DNA of 64,000 bases, taken from positions 20,564-84,563 of the forward strand of contig CBFIJD010000009.1 in the NCBI GenBank assembly GCA_965662845.1. Direction: 5' to 3'. This DNA comes from an uncultured bacterium. Lineage in GTDB: Bacteria > SAR324 > NAC60-12. The notes beneath the pieces were generated by a model. That model was given only the letters and a program-made list of their open reading frames with translations. It did not search any database and had not been told where the DNA came from. The first letter of the stretch is position 1; every line of letters starts with the position of its first letter. A program made the position numbers and the translations under genes. This document shows positions 28,992 to 38,227 of this stretch, piece after piece.

Positions 28992-30173
28992 ATGGCAGAA
29001 AATGTTGTCATCGTAGCCGCTGGACGCACCGCTGTCGCCAACTTCAACGGCAGCCTCGCCTCCGTTAATCCGGCGGATTTGGGCGCAACCGTGATCAAAG
29101 GTTTGCTAGAGCGTGCCAAGCTTACGCCTGAGCAAATTGACGAAGTCATCCTCGGTCAAGTGCTCACAGCGGCGAACGGACAAAATCCTGCGCGCCAAGC
29201 GGCGATCAAGGCTGGCATTCCAGAAACGACTCCGGCCATGACCATCAACAAAGTTTGTGGCAGCGGCCTGAAGTCCATTCATCTCGCAGCCCAAGCGATC
29301 AAGTGTGGTGACGCCGAGATCATCATCGCTGGTGGGCAAGAGAACATGAGCCAAGCTCCGCACGCGCTCCTGAACTCACGCAATGGGCAGCGCATGGGCG
29401 ATTGGCAAATGACAGACACCATGATCAAAGACGGTCTGTGGTGTGCCTTCAACGACTATCACATGGGCATCACAGCCGAGAACATTGCCGACAAATACGA
29501 GATCTCTCGTGAAGAGCAGGATCAGTTTGCGCTGCGGTCTCAAAATCTCGCTGAGAAGGCGCAAGCCGAAGGCAAATTTGAAGAAGAGATCATCCCAGTG
29601 GAAATCCCACAGCGCAAAGGTGACCCCATCGTCTTCAAAGAGGATGAGTTCATCCGCAAAGGCGCGACTATCGAGGGTATCCAAAAGCCGCGACCAGCGT
29701 TCAAGAAAGACGGAACCGTCACTGCGGCGAACGCCTCTGGGATCAACGACGGCGCAGCCGCCGTCATCGTCATGTCAGAGAGCAAAGCCAAAGAGCTGGG
29801 TCTGGAGATCTTGGCGACCGTGAAAGCGTATGCAAGCGGCGGCGTTGACCCTGCAATCATGGGGATGGGGCCAGTTCCTTCGACGCAGAAATGCCTAGAG
29901 AAAGCAGGTTGGACGCTGGCAGACGTAGATGTGATTGAAGCCAACGAAGCGTTCGCTGCTCAGTCACTGGGTGTCTCGAAGGAGCTTGGTTTTGACATCG
30001 AGAAGGTGAACGTCAATGGGGGCGCGATCGCGATTGGCCACCCGATTGGCGCCTCTGGTTGTCGAGTGTTTGTGACGTTGCTGCACGAGATGAAGCGTCG
30101 CGACGCAAAGAAAGGTCTGGCGACCTTGTGTATCGGTGGTGGACAAGGCGTGGCGTTGGCCGTTGAGCGCTAA
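28992..30173 (+). CDS. phaA: Acetyl-CoA C-acetyltransferase (beta-ketothiolase)
   Basis: 393 aa thiolase; NKVCGSGLK active-site Cys region, C-terminal GGGQG. Confidence 0.9.
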   Translation: MAENVVIVAAGRTAVANFNGSLASVNPADLGATVIKGLLERAKLTPEQIDEVILGQVLTAANGQNPARQAAIKAGIPETTPAMTINKVCGSGLKSIHLAAQAIKCGDAEIIIAGGQENMSQAPHALLNSRNGQRMGDWQMTDTMIKDGLWCAFNDYHMGITAENIADKYEISREEQDQFALRSQNLAEKAQAEGKFEEEIIPVEIPQRKGDPIVFKEDEFIRKGATIEGIQKPRPAFKKDGTVTAANASGINDGAAAVIVMSESKAKELGLEILATVKAYASGGVDPAIMGMGPVPSTQKCLEKAGWTLADVDVIEANEAFAAQSLGVSKELGFDIEKVNVNGGAIAIGHPIGASGCRVFVTLLHEMKRRDAKKGLATLCIGGGQGVALAVER

Positions 30174-30239
30174 GTCTCGGTTCGTTCTTTCAATAATTTC
30201 AGCGGCCAATCAGGCCGCTAACACCCCATAGGAGTGAAT

Positions 30240-31028
30240 ATGGATCTTAAAGAAAAAGTCGTCGTTGTAACGGGTGGTGGTCGTGGACTGGGGCGCGCGT
30301 TCGCGTTGGCGTTGGCCGAAAAAGGGGCCAACTTGGCTCTTGTTGACCTCAACGAAGAAGACTTGGAAGCTACCAAGAGCATGGTCGTCGAGAAAGGTGC
30401 CAAGGCGAACATCTACACCACCAACGTTGCGAAAGAAGAAGAAGTGGTCGCGCTGTTCGACAAGGTTGTAGCAGATTTTGGTTCTGTGGACGGTCTGATC
30501 AACAACGCGGGCATCACCCGTGATGGTTTGATCGTGCGCAAGAAGAAGATCAAAGACGAAGCCGGCAATGTGACCGGCGAAGAAATCCAGAAGATGAGCC
30601 TGCAAAACTGGCAGATGGTGATCGATGTGAACTTGACGGGTGTGTTCCTCTGCGCCCGCGAGTTCTTCGAGAAGCAGCTCCAGCTGGGGAGCAGCGGCGT
30701 CTGCATCAACATCTCCAGCATTTCTCGCAATGGAAATATGGGGCAGACCAACTACACCGCCACCAAGGCCGGTGTCGCCGAAATGACGGTGACCTGGGCT
30801 AAAGAGATGGCCCCGTATGGTGTACGCTGCGCCGCCATCGCGCCGGGCTACATCAACACCGAGATGGTCGCCGCCATCCGTGACGACGTGAAGCAGAAGA
30901 TTATCGACCAGGTGCCATTAAAGCGCTTGGGCGAGCCTTCAGAAATCGCAAACACCGCCGTCTTCATTCTGGAGAATGATTACATCAGCGGTCGCGTGAT
31001 TGAAGTAGACGGCGCTCTGCGCATCTAA
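30240..31028 (+). CDS. phaB: Acetoacetyl-CoA reductase (SDR family)
   Basis: VTGGGRGLGRA cofactor motif, NAG, YxxxK; ATG at 30240 six nt after AGGAG. Confidence 0.85.
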   Translation: MDLKEKVVVVTGGGRGLGRAFALALAEKGANLALVDLNEEDLEATKSMVVEKGAKANIYTTNVAKEEEVVALFDKVVADFGSVDGLINNAGITRDGLIVRKKKIKDEAGNVTGEEIQKMSLQNWQMVIDVNLTGVFLCAREFFEKQLQLGSSGVCINISSISRNGNMGQTNYTATKAGVAEMTVTWAKEMAPYGVRCAAIAPGYINTEMVAAIRDDVKQKIIDQVPLKRLGEPSEIANTAVFILENDYISGRVIEVDGALRI

Positions 31029-31159
31029 CGCAATGTCGAGCAGGCCTAAGCCTGTTCGCCGGCTTGACTGCGAGCCTCTCACGGGAGGTTCCATCGTCAC
31101 GCCGGCGGCTGTGATGTCCCCCCTGAATCCCCTCAAACAATGTGAACGGAGCAAGGATT

Positions 31160-32893
31160 ATGTCGACCCAGACCGAACAGATGTCCCAGCAGCAAATGCA
31201 GGATTTCTTCACCACAATGATCTCGAAAATGAACGAACAGTCCACCAACGTGGATCCGTTTGGCGCTATGAAGTCAATGCAGCAAGTGGCCGAAGCATGG
31301 GTCAAAAATCCGCAGGAGCTGACCGAGTCCATGAACGACTGGAGCAAGCGCATTGGCGAAGTGAACATGAAAGTGTGGAACGAATTCGTGACGAAATCGC
31401 GCGAATCCATGGAGAAAGGAGAGTTTGGCAAGGTACCAAAAGTCGAAGAGATGCCTTACTTCGGCTGGATTCAAGAGTATTACAAACTCTATGCGGATTT
31501 TTTGCAGGAGAGCATCAAGCGCACGCCAGATGTCCCCGACCGCGTGAAAGACAAAGCGCGCTTCTGGACCGAGCAAATGGTCAGCGCCATCGCTCCCAAC
31601 AACTACTTCTGGACGAACCCCGGCGCGATCCGTGAGTTTATGGACACCGAAGGCAAGAGCCTGATGAAAGGGTTTGAAAATTGGGTCAAAGACCTGAAGG
31701 AACAGATGCCTCAAATGGTAGACAAGACGCCTTTTGAAGTCGGGAAAAACCTCGCGAACAGCCCCGGAAAAGTGGTGTATCGCAACGAATTGATGGAGTT
31801 GATTCAGTACCAAGCAACGACCGATCAAGCGCACCAAGTGCCGATCTTGATCACGCCTCCGTGGATTAACAAATTCTACATTCTCGACCTCAACGAGAAG
31901 AACAGCTTTGTGCGCAACCTAGTGAACAATGGCTTCACCGTCTTCATGATTAGCTGGAAAAACCCAACAGCAGAAATGCGGGAAACCGGGCTGGAAGACT
32001 ACATGACCAAGGGGCCAATCGAGGCTTCAAATGTCGTGAAAGAAATCACTGGCGCGCCAAGCGTACACGTCGTGGGCTACTGCATTGGCGGTTCAATGTT
32101 GGCGACGACGATGGGGTGGCTAAACGCGGATGAGAACAAATCTAAGAACAACTTCAGCAGCTTCACCCTGTTGACCACGCTGGTGGATTTCGAGCAGCCT
32201 GGGGATCTCGGATTGTTTGTAGACGAAGACTCGCTGAAGTTTGTTGAGAAGACGATGGCCGAGCATGGCTTCCTCGATGGCAAGCAGATGGGGACGACTT
32301 ATCGCATGCTCAAAGCCGATGGCCTGATCTGGAATTATGTCGTGAACAACTACCTCTATGGGAAGACACCTCCTCCAATCGATATGTTGTTCTGGAACGA
32401 GGACTCCACCCGCTTGCCGGAGAAAGCACACTCGTACTATCTGCGTGAATACTACATCAACAACAACCTCTGCAAAGGGAAGGTGGAGCTGTTGGGCACT
32501 AAGGTGGACCTCAAGAAGATCACTCAGCCGCTGTACTCAGTCTCGGCAGAGAAAGATCACATCACACCGTGGAAGCAAGTCTTCAAGACTGGCCTCAACA
32601 CGAGCGGCCCCGTGCGCTTCGCGTTGTCCACTTCCGGACACATCGCTGGTGTCGTCAATCCTCCGTTGAATCCACCAAAGCGCGCTTACTGGGCCGGACC
32701 CGTAGATCAGAAGAAAGACACCGACCCCGCAGCGTGGCAGCAGTCGATCAAGCAAGTCCCGGGCACATGGTGGGAAGACTGGACGCAGTGGCTGAAGACG
32801 CAATGTGGCGAAATGGCAGCCTTGCCCCCAATTGGGAGCCGCAAGCACAAAGTCCTAGGTGATGCTCCAGGAACCTATGTAGTCGAGAAGTAA
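31160..32893 (+). CDS. phaC: Class I poly(3-hydroxyalkanoate) synthase
   Basis: Lipase box GYCIGG, ~578 aa, PhaC N-terminal region; ATG at 31160 after AAGGA. Confidence 0.9.
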   Translation: MSTQTEQMSQQQMQDFFTTMISKMNEQSTNVDPFGAMKSMQQVAEAWVKNPQELTESMNDWSKRIGEVNMKVWNEFVTKSRESMEKGEFGKVPKVEEMPYFGWIQEYYKLYADFLQESIKRTPDVPDRVKDKARFWTEQMVSAIAPNNYFWTNPGAIREFMDTEGKSLMKGFENWVKDLKEQMPQMVDKTPFEVGKNLANSPGKVVYRNELMELIQYQATTDQAHQVPILITPPWINKFYILDLNEKNSFVRNLVNNGFTVFMISWKNPTAEMRETGLEDYMTKGPIEASNVVKEITGAPSVHVVGYCIGGSMLATTMGWLNADENKSKNNFSSFTLLTTLVDFEQPGDLGLFVDEDSLKFVEKTMAEHGFLDGKQMGTTYRMLKADGLIWNYVVNNYLYGKTPPPIDMLFWNEDSTRLPEKAHSYYLREYYINNNLCKGKVELLGTKVDLKKITQPLYSVSAEKDHITPWKQVFKTGLNTSGPVRFALSTSGHIAGVVNPPLNPPKRAYWAGPVDQKKDTDPAAWQQSIKQVPGTWWEDWTQWLKTQCGEMAALPPIGSRKHKVLGDAPGTYVVEK

Positions 32894-32967
32894 CCCCCTC
32901 CCCTCTGCCGGGCCCTACGGGTCCGGTTCCTGCACCCAAACCCTCCCTCTGTTCTCATCCTCCAACC

Positions 32968-34179
32968 TTGTTCTTCTCTGTTTTCATGTCACTCAAGCGA
33001 CTGTTTTTCATATCTGTTTTTTTATGCTCTTCTCTCGCCTCATTCGCACAGTCTCCTTCAACAGATGCTGCGCCGCTCACCCAGCAATCTTTCTTAGAAA
33101 ACTACCGGGAAGCGGTCTACAACCTGTATCTGCCCGAACAACGGGAAGCGCTGCTCAACCAGCTCACCCAGCTGCCGGAGCTGGAGCGCGTGACGATGCG
33201 AGCGTTGCTGGCGTATAGCGAGTTCGCGCTCAACTTTGACGGCAAAACGGACGCGCCGCGTGAGCAAGCTTTCCGGGAAACCGCAGAAGATGCCTCGGTG
33301 AAGTTACAAGAGCACTTAGACCGCACCCCTGACGACCTCTCGGCCAAGTTGAACCTCGGCGTCGTCTATGGACTTTGGGCAGGGGTGGCATTGAGTCATG
33401 AGCAGAGCTACCTCAAGGCATATCGCTATGGAAATCGAGGCGTCGCTCTCTTAGATGAAGTGTATGAGCAGGATCCAAACCTGCACGACGTGCAACTCAG
33501 CTCGGGCGTGCTCAAGCTGATGATTGCCCAGTCTGCGTGGTATGTGCGGTGGGTCGCGCCGATGGTCCTAGACAGCGGCTCGATCGATGCCGGCGTCGAG
33601 CACCTCAACACGGTCTTGCGCAAAGGACGCTACGTTCAAGATGAAGCATTGCTCGCGCATGTTCTGTTGTTGTGGGGAGACGTCCCACCGAAGCAGCTGC
33701 GCGCGAGCGTGCAGGCGTTGCTGCAGTTTGTGCGACGCTATCCGGATAATTTGCAGCTATATGTCGTGTTGGCGCGAGGCTACTGGCTGCTGGGCGAATA
33801 TGACGTGGCGAATTATTATGCGCTGCAAGGACTCCGACAATTGCAGCAGCACCGAGGTGCGTTCGTGCGAGAGCACGGGATCGAGATGCAATCCTTTCTC
33901 TTGTATTGGCACTATCGCTATTTGGCAGACCAGAAAGAGTGGGTGCGTATGCTGCGTCAAACACAACAGCAGCCGGAAGAAGGCATTCAGGCAACCTTTC
34001 GTGCGGTGGCCCTCTGGAATATGGGGCAGTATGACAAAGCCCGAGAGGTCGCTACGACTGCGTTGCAGGGCTTAGAAACCAAAAAAGTCGCAATGCCTCT
34101 CTTCATGGTGCCATTCCTCTTCGAGTTGACCCCGTCCTTAGAAAACATCTTGCGCAACGAAATCCTCCAGCAAAGCTAA
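32968..34179 (+). CDS. Secreted hypothetical protein with TPR-like helical repeats
   Basis: Signal peptide LFFISVFLCSSLASFAQSP; helical repeat content; 403 aa. Confidence 0.5.
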   Translation: MFFSVFMSLKRLFFISVFLCSSLASFAQSPSTDAAPLTQQSFLENYREAVYNLYLPEQREALLNQLTQLPELERVTMRALLAYSEFALNFDGKTDAPREQAFRETAEDASVKLQEHLDRTPDDLSAKLNLGVVYGLWAGVALSHEQSYLKAYRYGNRGVALLDEVYEQDPNLHDVQLSSGVLKLMIAQSAWYVRWVAPMVLDSGSIDAGVEHLNTVLRKGRYVQDEALLAHVLLLWGDVPPKQLRASVQALLQFVRRYPDNLQLYVVLARGYWLLGEYDVANYYALQGLRQLQQHRGAFVREHGIEMQSFLLYWHYRYLADQKEWVRMLRQTQQQPEEGIQATFRAVALWNMGQYDKAREVATTALQGLETKKVAMPLFMVPFLFELTPSLENILRNEILQQS

Positions 34180-34180
34180 C

Positions 34181-35380
34181 ATGACTCACACCGAAGTTGC
34201 GGTGATTGGCGGCGGAATCGTAGGACTTGCCACTGCCTATCACTGGTCTCAATTGCACCCGAACCGCAAAGTAGTCGTCCTCGAAAAAGAAGCCGCGATC
34301 GCTCAGCACCAGACCGGTCACAACTCCGGCGTGCTCCACTCGGGAATCTATTACAAGCCTGGATCGCTCAAAGCCACCAACTGCCGCGCGGGAAAAAAGC
34401 GTATGGAAGCCTTTTGTGAGCAGGAAAACATCCCATTTGAACTCTGCGGAAAAGTGATCGTGGCCACGCATGAAGGCGAGTTTGAAGCGCTCCATAACAT
34501 CTATGAACGCGGCCAAGAAAATGGCGTCAGCTGCGAAATGATAGACCAACACCGCTTGTTAGAGCTGGAGCCACATGTGCAGGGGCTGCGCGCGATCCAT
34601 GTGCCAGAAGCCGGAATTGTGGACTATAAAGCCGTCTGTCAGCGTCTAGCAGAACGCATCCAAGAAACCGGCGAGAACCAGATCAAGTGCGGAGCCGCAG
34701 TCACAAACGTCGAACAGAGAACAGAAGAAATCATCTTGCAGACCACGACAGGCGAAGTGTCATGCCGCTATGTGATCAACTGTGCGGGGTTGCAATCGGA
34801 TAAAGTGATGGCCCTGACTGGCCAAACAGCAGACGTTCAGATTGTGCCGTTTCGAGGGGAGTACTTTCTGGTGAATCCAGCGAAAAAGCACCTGTGTCAA
34901 AATCTCATTTATCCAGTGCCCAACCCAGAATTTCCGTTTTTGGGAGTGCACTTTACACGCATGATTGACGGTGCTTTGGAGTGCGGGCCGAACGCGGTCT
35001 TGGCCTTCGCCCGAGAAGGCTATCGTAAGACAGATGTGGTGCCGACAGAATTGTGGGAAGCGTTGCGTTATCCAGGCTTTCAGAAGCTAGCGCTGAAGTA
35101 TTGGAAGATCGGGCTGGGCGAGATGTGGCGCTCCCTATCGAAAGAGGCCTTTGTGACCGCCTTGCAGCGTTTGATCCCAGAGGTGACTTCCGAAGATTTG
35201 ACAGCAGCTCCGGCCGGAGTAAGAGCCCAAGCGGTCTCAAAGGACGGTCAACTGATCGATGATTTTTTGATTCAGGAGAGTGAGCGCGTGTTGAACGTGT
35301 GCAACGCTCCCTCTCCCGCTGCGACCGCCTCTTTGAATATCGGGAGGTTGTTAGCGGAGAAGTTGGAGACTCGGCTGTGA
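34181..35380 (+). CDS. lhgO: L-2-hydroxyglutarate oxidase/dehydrogenase
   Basis: Collinear match to E. coli LhgO: VIGGGIVG, HQTGHNSGV, FRGEY, LGVHFTRMIDG, NAPSPAATASL. Confidence 0.9.
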   Translation: MTHTEVAVIGGGIVGLATAYHWSQLHPNRKVVVLEKEAAIAQHQTGHNSGVLHSGIYYKPGSLKATNCRAGKKRMEAFCEQENIPFELCGKVIVATHEGEFEALHNIYERGQENGVSCEMIDQHRLLELEPHVQGLRAIHVPEAGIVDYKAVCQRLAERIQETGENQIKCGAAVTNVEQRTEEIILQTTTGEVSCRYVINCAGLQSDKVMALTGQTADVQIVPFRGEYFLVNPAKKHLCQNLIYPVPNPEFPFLGVHFTRMIDGALECGPNAVLAFAREGYRKTDVVPTELWEALRYPGFQKLALKYWKIGLGEMWRSLSKEAFVTALQRLIPEVTSEDLTAAPAGVRAQAVSKDGQLIDDFLIQESERVLNVCNAPSPAATASLNIGRLLAEKLETRL

Positions 35381-35394
35381 CCGGGAAGAGAAGC

Positions 35395-35555
35395 TATTGA
35401 ATTTGACGGGAGCTTAACTGTTGGAGGATGTGCTGGCGCTGCTGCGAAGAATAGTCGCGCCAAGAGGCGATCTCTTCCAAGGTGCGTTTGCAGCCCAAAC
35501 AGTGGGTGGTCGCTTCGTTCAGTTTGCAAATTCCCACGCAGGGAGAGGGGGCGGA
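35395..35555 (-). CDS. DUF1289 family small Cys-rich protein (not in ORF track, 53 aa)
   Basis: Minus-strand translation MSSSAPSPCVGICKLNEATTHCLGCKRTLEEIASWRDYSSQQRQHILQQLSSRQIQ*; CxGxCxL...CxGCxRTxEEIxxW signature of DUF1289. Confidence 0.6.
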
Positions 35556-35560
35556 TGAAC

Positions 35561-35881
35561 TCATTTGGGAACCGCAACTGCGGACATCTCAACGCAGGTT
35601 TCATCGCCTTGCGAGTAGCGTCGAACCTCTTGTGTGCGAGGTAGATAGCGGTTGCGGTCTCCGGCCACAGAGCGCAGGTGAAACTCAGCGGCCTTGCGAG
35701 CGTTTCTGGCGGCCTCGCGCGGAGTCGCTGAACAGGCTGTGCCGGTTGTGATGACGTCGGTTCCGCCGTTGTCGACCACGGAGTAGGTGGGGTCATAGTC
35801 CGTCCGAAAGCGCTCTGCCGTGCTGCTACATCCCACAAAAAGCAGCCCGCAAGCGAGGCCAGCGATCAACTTAGCGTACAT
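35561..35881 (-). CDS. Small lipoprotein
   Basis: Lipobox AGLACGLLFVGC|SS; 106 aa; stop is 5 nt upstream of the DUF1289 start. Confidence 0.55.
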   Translation of the reverse strand: MYAKLIAGLACGLLFVGCSSTAERFRTDYDPTYSVVDNGGTDVITTGTACSATPREAARNARKAAEFHLRSVAGDRNRYLPRTQEVRRYSQGDETCVEMSAVAVPK

Positions 35882-36701
35882 ACGGTGTGTCCAAAACGAA
35901 GTCTAAGTCTTGAGTTCCTAAGGGCAACAGCTCGGTGGAGCGCCCTGCAATCTCTCCCTGCGCTGCTTGAAAAGGTTGCCCATCTTTGTCGGAAATAATG
36001 CGCAGAGAGTAAGAGCCGGAGAGCGGTGCGCCTCCCATCGCGTGTGCGGATCCGATGCTGAATTCTTGTGGAAAAGAGACCTGATCCAGAATCCGAAAGG
36101 CGGCGGGGCGCCCAAGCTCCATATCGAACAAGAGGACGATGAGCCGGTCGTTAGCGTTCCAGTTGGACTGCAATTCTGGTGCGACTCTGATGGTTCCACT
36201 GATCATTTTGCTAGGATCGTCGTTTTGGGGAGGAGTTCCCAAAAGCTCTTGCGGGAAGTTACGGAAGGGGCGGTCCAACGTGTAAGTGACGGCTTTGCTG
36301 CCCAAAGGGAGGGGTGAGGTCAACTCGCCGATCAACTCTCCAGGGGCTGGCTGGTTGGGGTTGCCATCTTTGTCCGTGAAGACCAAGAGTCGGTAAGAGC
36401 CGGAGAGCTCTCTCCCTGGAGGCGCATCCACTTGCCCGACAGAGAAGGTCATGGGAGGCAAGAAGGGGTTGAGCATGTGCTGTGCAACCGGAAACATTGT
36501 CTCTGGGTCTAAGAGGACGATGTAGGCGTTGTCGGTTTTGACGATGGCACCGATGGTCTCTGGTGTCGCTTGGATGGTCCCGCTGATCGAAGCTGCCAGT
36601 TTGGCGGACTCACGATTGACCTCGCGCATGAGGGCATAGCCGATCAGCGCGACGATGACAGTGATAATGCCCGTGTAAATCAGCGTATTGCGACGCTTCA
36701 T
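35871..36701 (-). CDS. N-terminally membrane-anchored protein with two tandem ~110-aa homologous domains
   Basis: TM LIYTGIITVIVALIGYALM; internal duplication (LSGSYRLLVFTDKDGNPNQPAPGELIGELTSPLPLG vs LSGSYSLRIISDKDGQPFQAAQGEIAGRSTELLPLG). Start ATG overlaps gltD stop (ATGA). Confidence 0.6.
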   Translation of the reverse strand: MKRRNTLIYTGIITVIVALIGYALMREVNRESAKLAASISGTIQATPETIGAIVKTDNAYIVLLDPETMFPVAQHMLNPFLPPMTFSVGQVDAPPGRELSGSYRLLVFTDKDGNPNQPAPGELIGELTSPLPLGSKAVTYTLDRPFRNFPQELLGTPPQNDDPSKMISGTIRVAPELQSNWNANDRLIVLLFDMELGRPAAFRILDQVSFPQEFSIGSAHAMGGAPLSGSYSLRIISDKDGQPFQAAQGEIAGRSTELLPLGTQDLDFVLDTPYVR

Positions 36702-38218
36702 GCGAGTACTTCCGCTTGAGGAGAGGTTGGCAAGGCAGACGTCCCCATGAGATAGGTGTCGATGCTGCGTGCCGCTTCACGACCTTCCCAGATCGCCCAC
36801 ACAACCAGCGAGGCTCCCCGCTTCGCGTCGCCAGCGACAAATACACCGTCGACCGAGGTGCGGAAGTCGTTGTCTGCCGACACATGGAACATGGGCTGCT
36901 CGCCGTTTTCCAGCATTGTTTTGACGGTTTCAGGCGGGACGGGTTCTGACTTTCCACGCACATTCATTTGCACCCCAAGGCCATCGAGCAAGCCATCCAC
37001 TTTGGGGCCGAGAAAGCCCATCGCTAACAGCACCATGTCGACCTCTATGGTGAACTCGCTGCCTTCAATACGCTGCATTTGGGGGCGCCCACCTTCTTGG
37101 GGAACCCACTCGACGCGCACCGCTTGTAAGCCGCTGACATTGCCTTGACCATCATCCAAGACTTTCTCTGTCAGAATATTGGCGCGACAGTCGGGCTCGG
37201 CTTCTTCGTGTACGGGAGTAGGGCGCGGTTGCATGTTCACAATTTCAAATTGATGAACGCGGCGGTTGGCGCCCTGTCGGTTCAAATTCCCCAAACAATC
37301 TGCAGCCGTGAAGCCTCCACCTAGGATCGCAGCGGTTTTGCCGCTCGCTTCGACATCTGTATCGCGTGGTGCCTCTCCGGCGACAAAGCGATTGCGCTGG
37401 GGCAGATAATCCATTGCGTAGTGCACTCCTTTGAGCCCGGCCCCTTCGGTTGTGAGGCTGCGTGCGTGTTGTGCGCCGGTAGCCAGCAAAATCGCGTCAA
37501 ACTGGCTGCGCAGCTCTTCGACGGTGATGTCTTGGCCCACTTGGCACTTGGTAATGAATTGCACTCCTTCGGCCTGCATTTGATCCACACGCCGTTGGAC
37601 GTGAATCTTCTCCAGCTTGAAGTCGGGGATGCCATAAATGAGCAGCCCGCCAATGCGATCATCTTTTTCGTAGACGGTGACGTCATGCCCTGCTCGGCGC
37701 AGCTGTTGGGCGGCGGCTAAACCGGCGGGCCCGGAGCCGATCACGGCGACACGCTTGCCGGTCAATTGCTTGGGCGGTTGTGGGGTCACCCAGCCATTCT
37801 CCCAACCTTGATCGGCGATGTGCTTCTCAATTTGTTCGATAGTCACCGAGTTCTTTTTGCACTGTCTCTCTTGTGGGTCCAGCGTGTAGTAGGCATTGAG
37901 CACACAAGATTCTTCACAGGGAGCGGGGCAGATTCGTCCGGTGAACTCTGGAAAGTTATTGGTGCTGTGCAAGTTGTCTAAGGCTTCTTTCCAGTTTCCA
38001 CGATAGACAAGGTCGTTCCAGTCTGGGATTTGGTTCCCTAGCGGACAACCGGTGTGGCAGAAGGGGATCCCGCAGTCCATACAGCGAGAGGCCTGCGTTC
38101 GGATCTCTTGCTCGCTGTAGTGGACGTCATATTCCCGGAAATCCCGCACGCGCTCTGGAATCGGGCGGCGAGGTACATCTTGCTTAGCGTGTTCTAGAAA
38201 ACCTGTATCTTTTCCCAT
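36698..38218 (-). CDS. gltD: Glutamate synthase (NADPH) small subunit
   Basis: 506 aa; two Fe-S Cys clusters at N-terminus, VAVIGSGPAGLAAA FAD/NAD motif. Confidence 0.9.
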   Translation of the reverse strand: MGKDTGFLEHAKQDVPRRPIPERVRDFREYDVHYSEQEIRTQASRCMDCGIPFCHTGCPLGNQIPDWNDLVYRGNWKEALDNLHSTNNFPEFTGRICPAPCEESCVLNAYYTLDPQERQCKKNSVTIEQIEKHIADQGWENGWVTPQPPKQLTGKRVAVIGSGPAGLAAAQQLRRAGHDVTVYEKDDRIGGLLIYGIPDFKLEKIHVQRRVDQMQAEGVQFITKCQVGQDITVEELRSQFDAILLATGAQHARSLTTEGAGLKGVHYAMDYLPQRNRFVAGEAPRDTDVEASGKTAAILGGGFTAADCLGNLNRQGANRRVHQFEIVNMQPRPTPVHEEAEPDCRANILTEKVLDDGQGNVSGLQAVRVEWVPQEGGRPQMQRIEGSEFTIEVDMVLLAMGFLGPKVDGLLDGLGVQMNVRGKSEPVPPETVKTMLENGEQPMFHVSADNDFRTSVDGVFVAGDAKRGASLVVWAIWEGREAARSIDTYLMGTSALPTSPQAEVLA

Positions 38219-38227
38219 CAGATCTCC

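Noticed and set aside
35272-35838. 188-aa minus-strand ORF
   Set aside because: Pro/Arg/Ala-rich shadow frame overlapping the lipobox-bearing lipoprotein and the DUF1289 gene in other frames. Those two smaller genes carry recognisable signatures, and this ORF does not.
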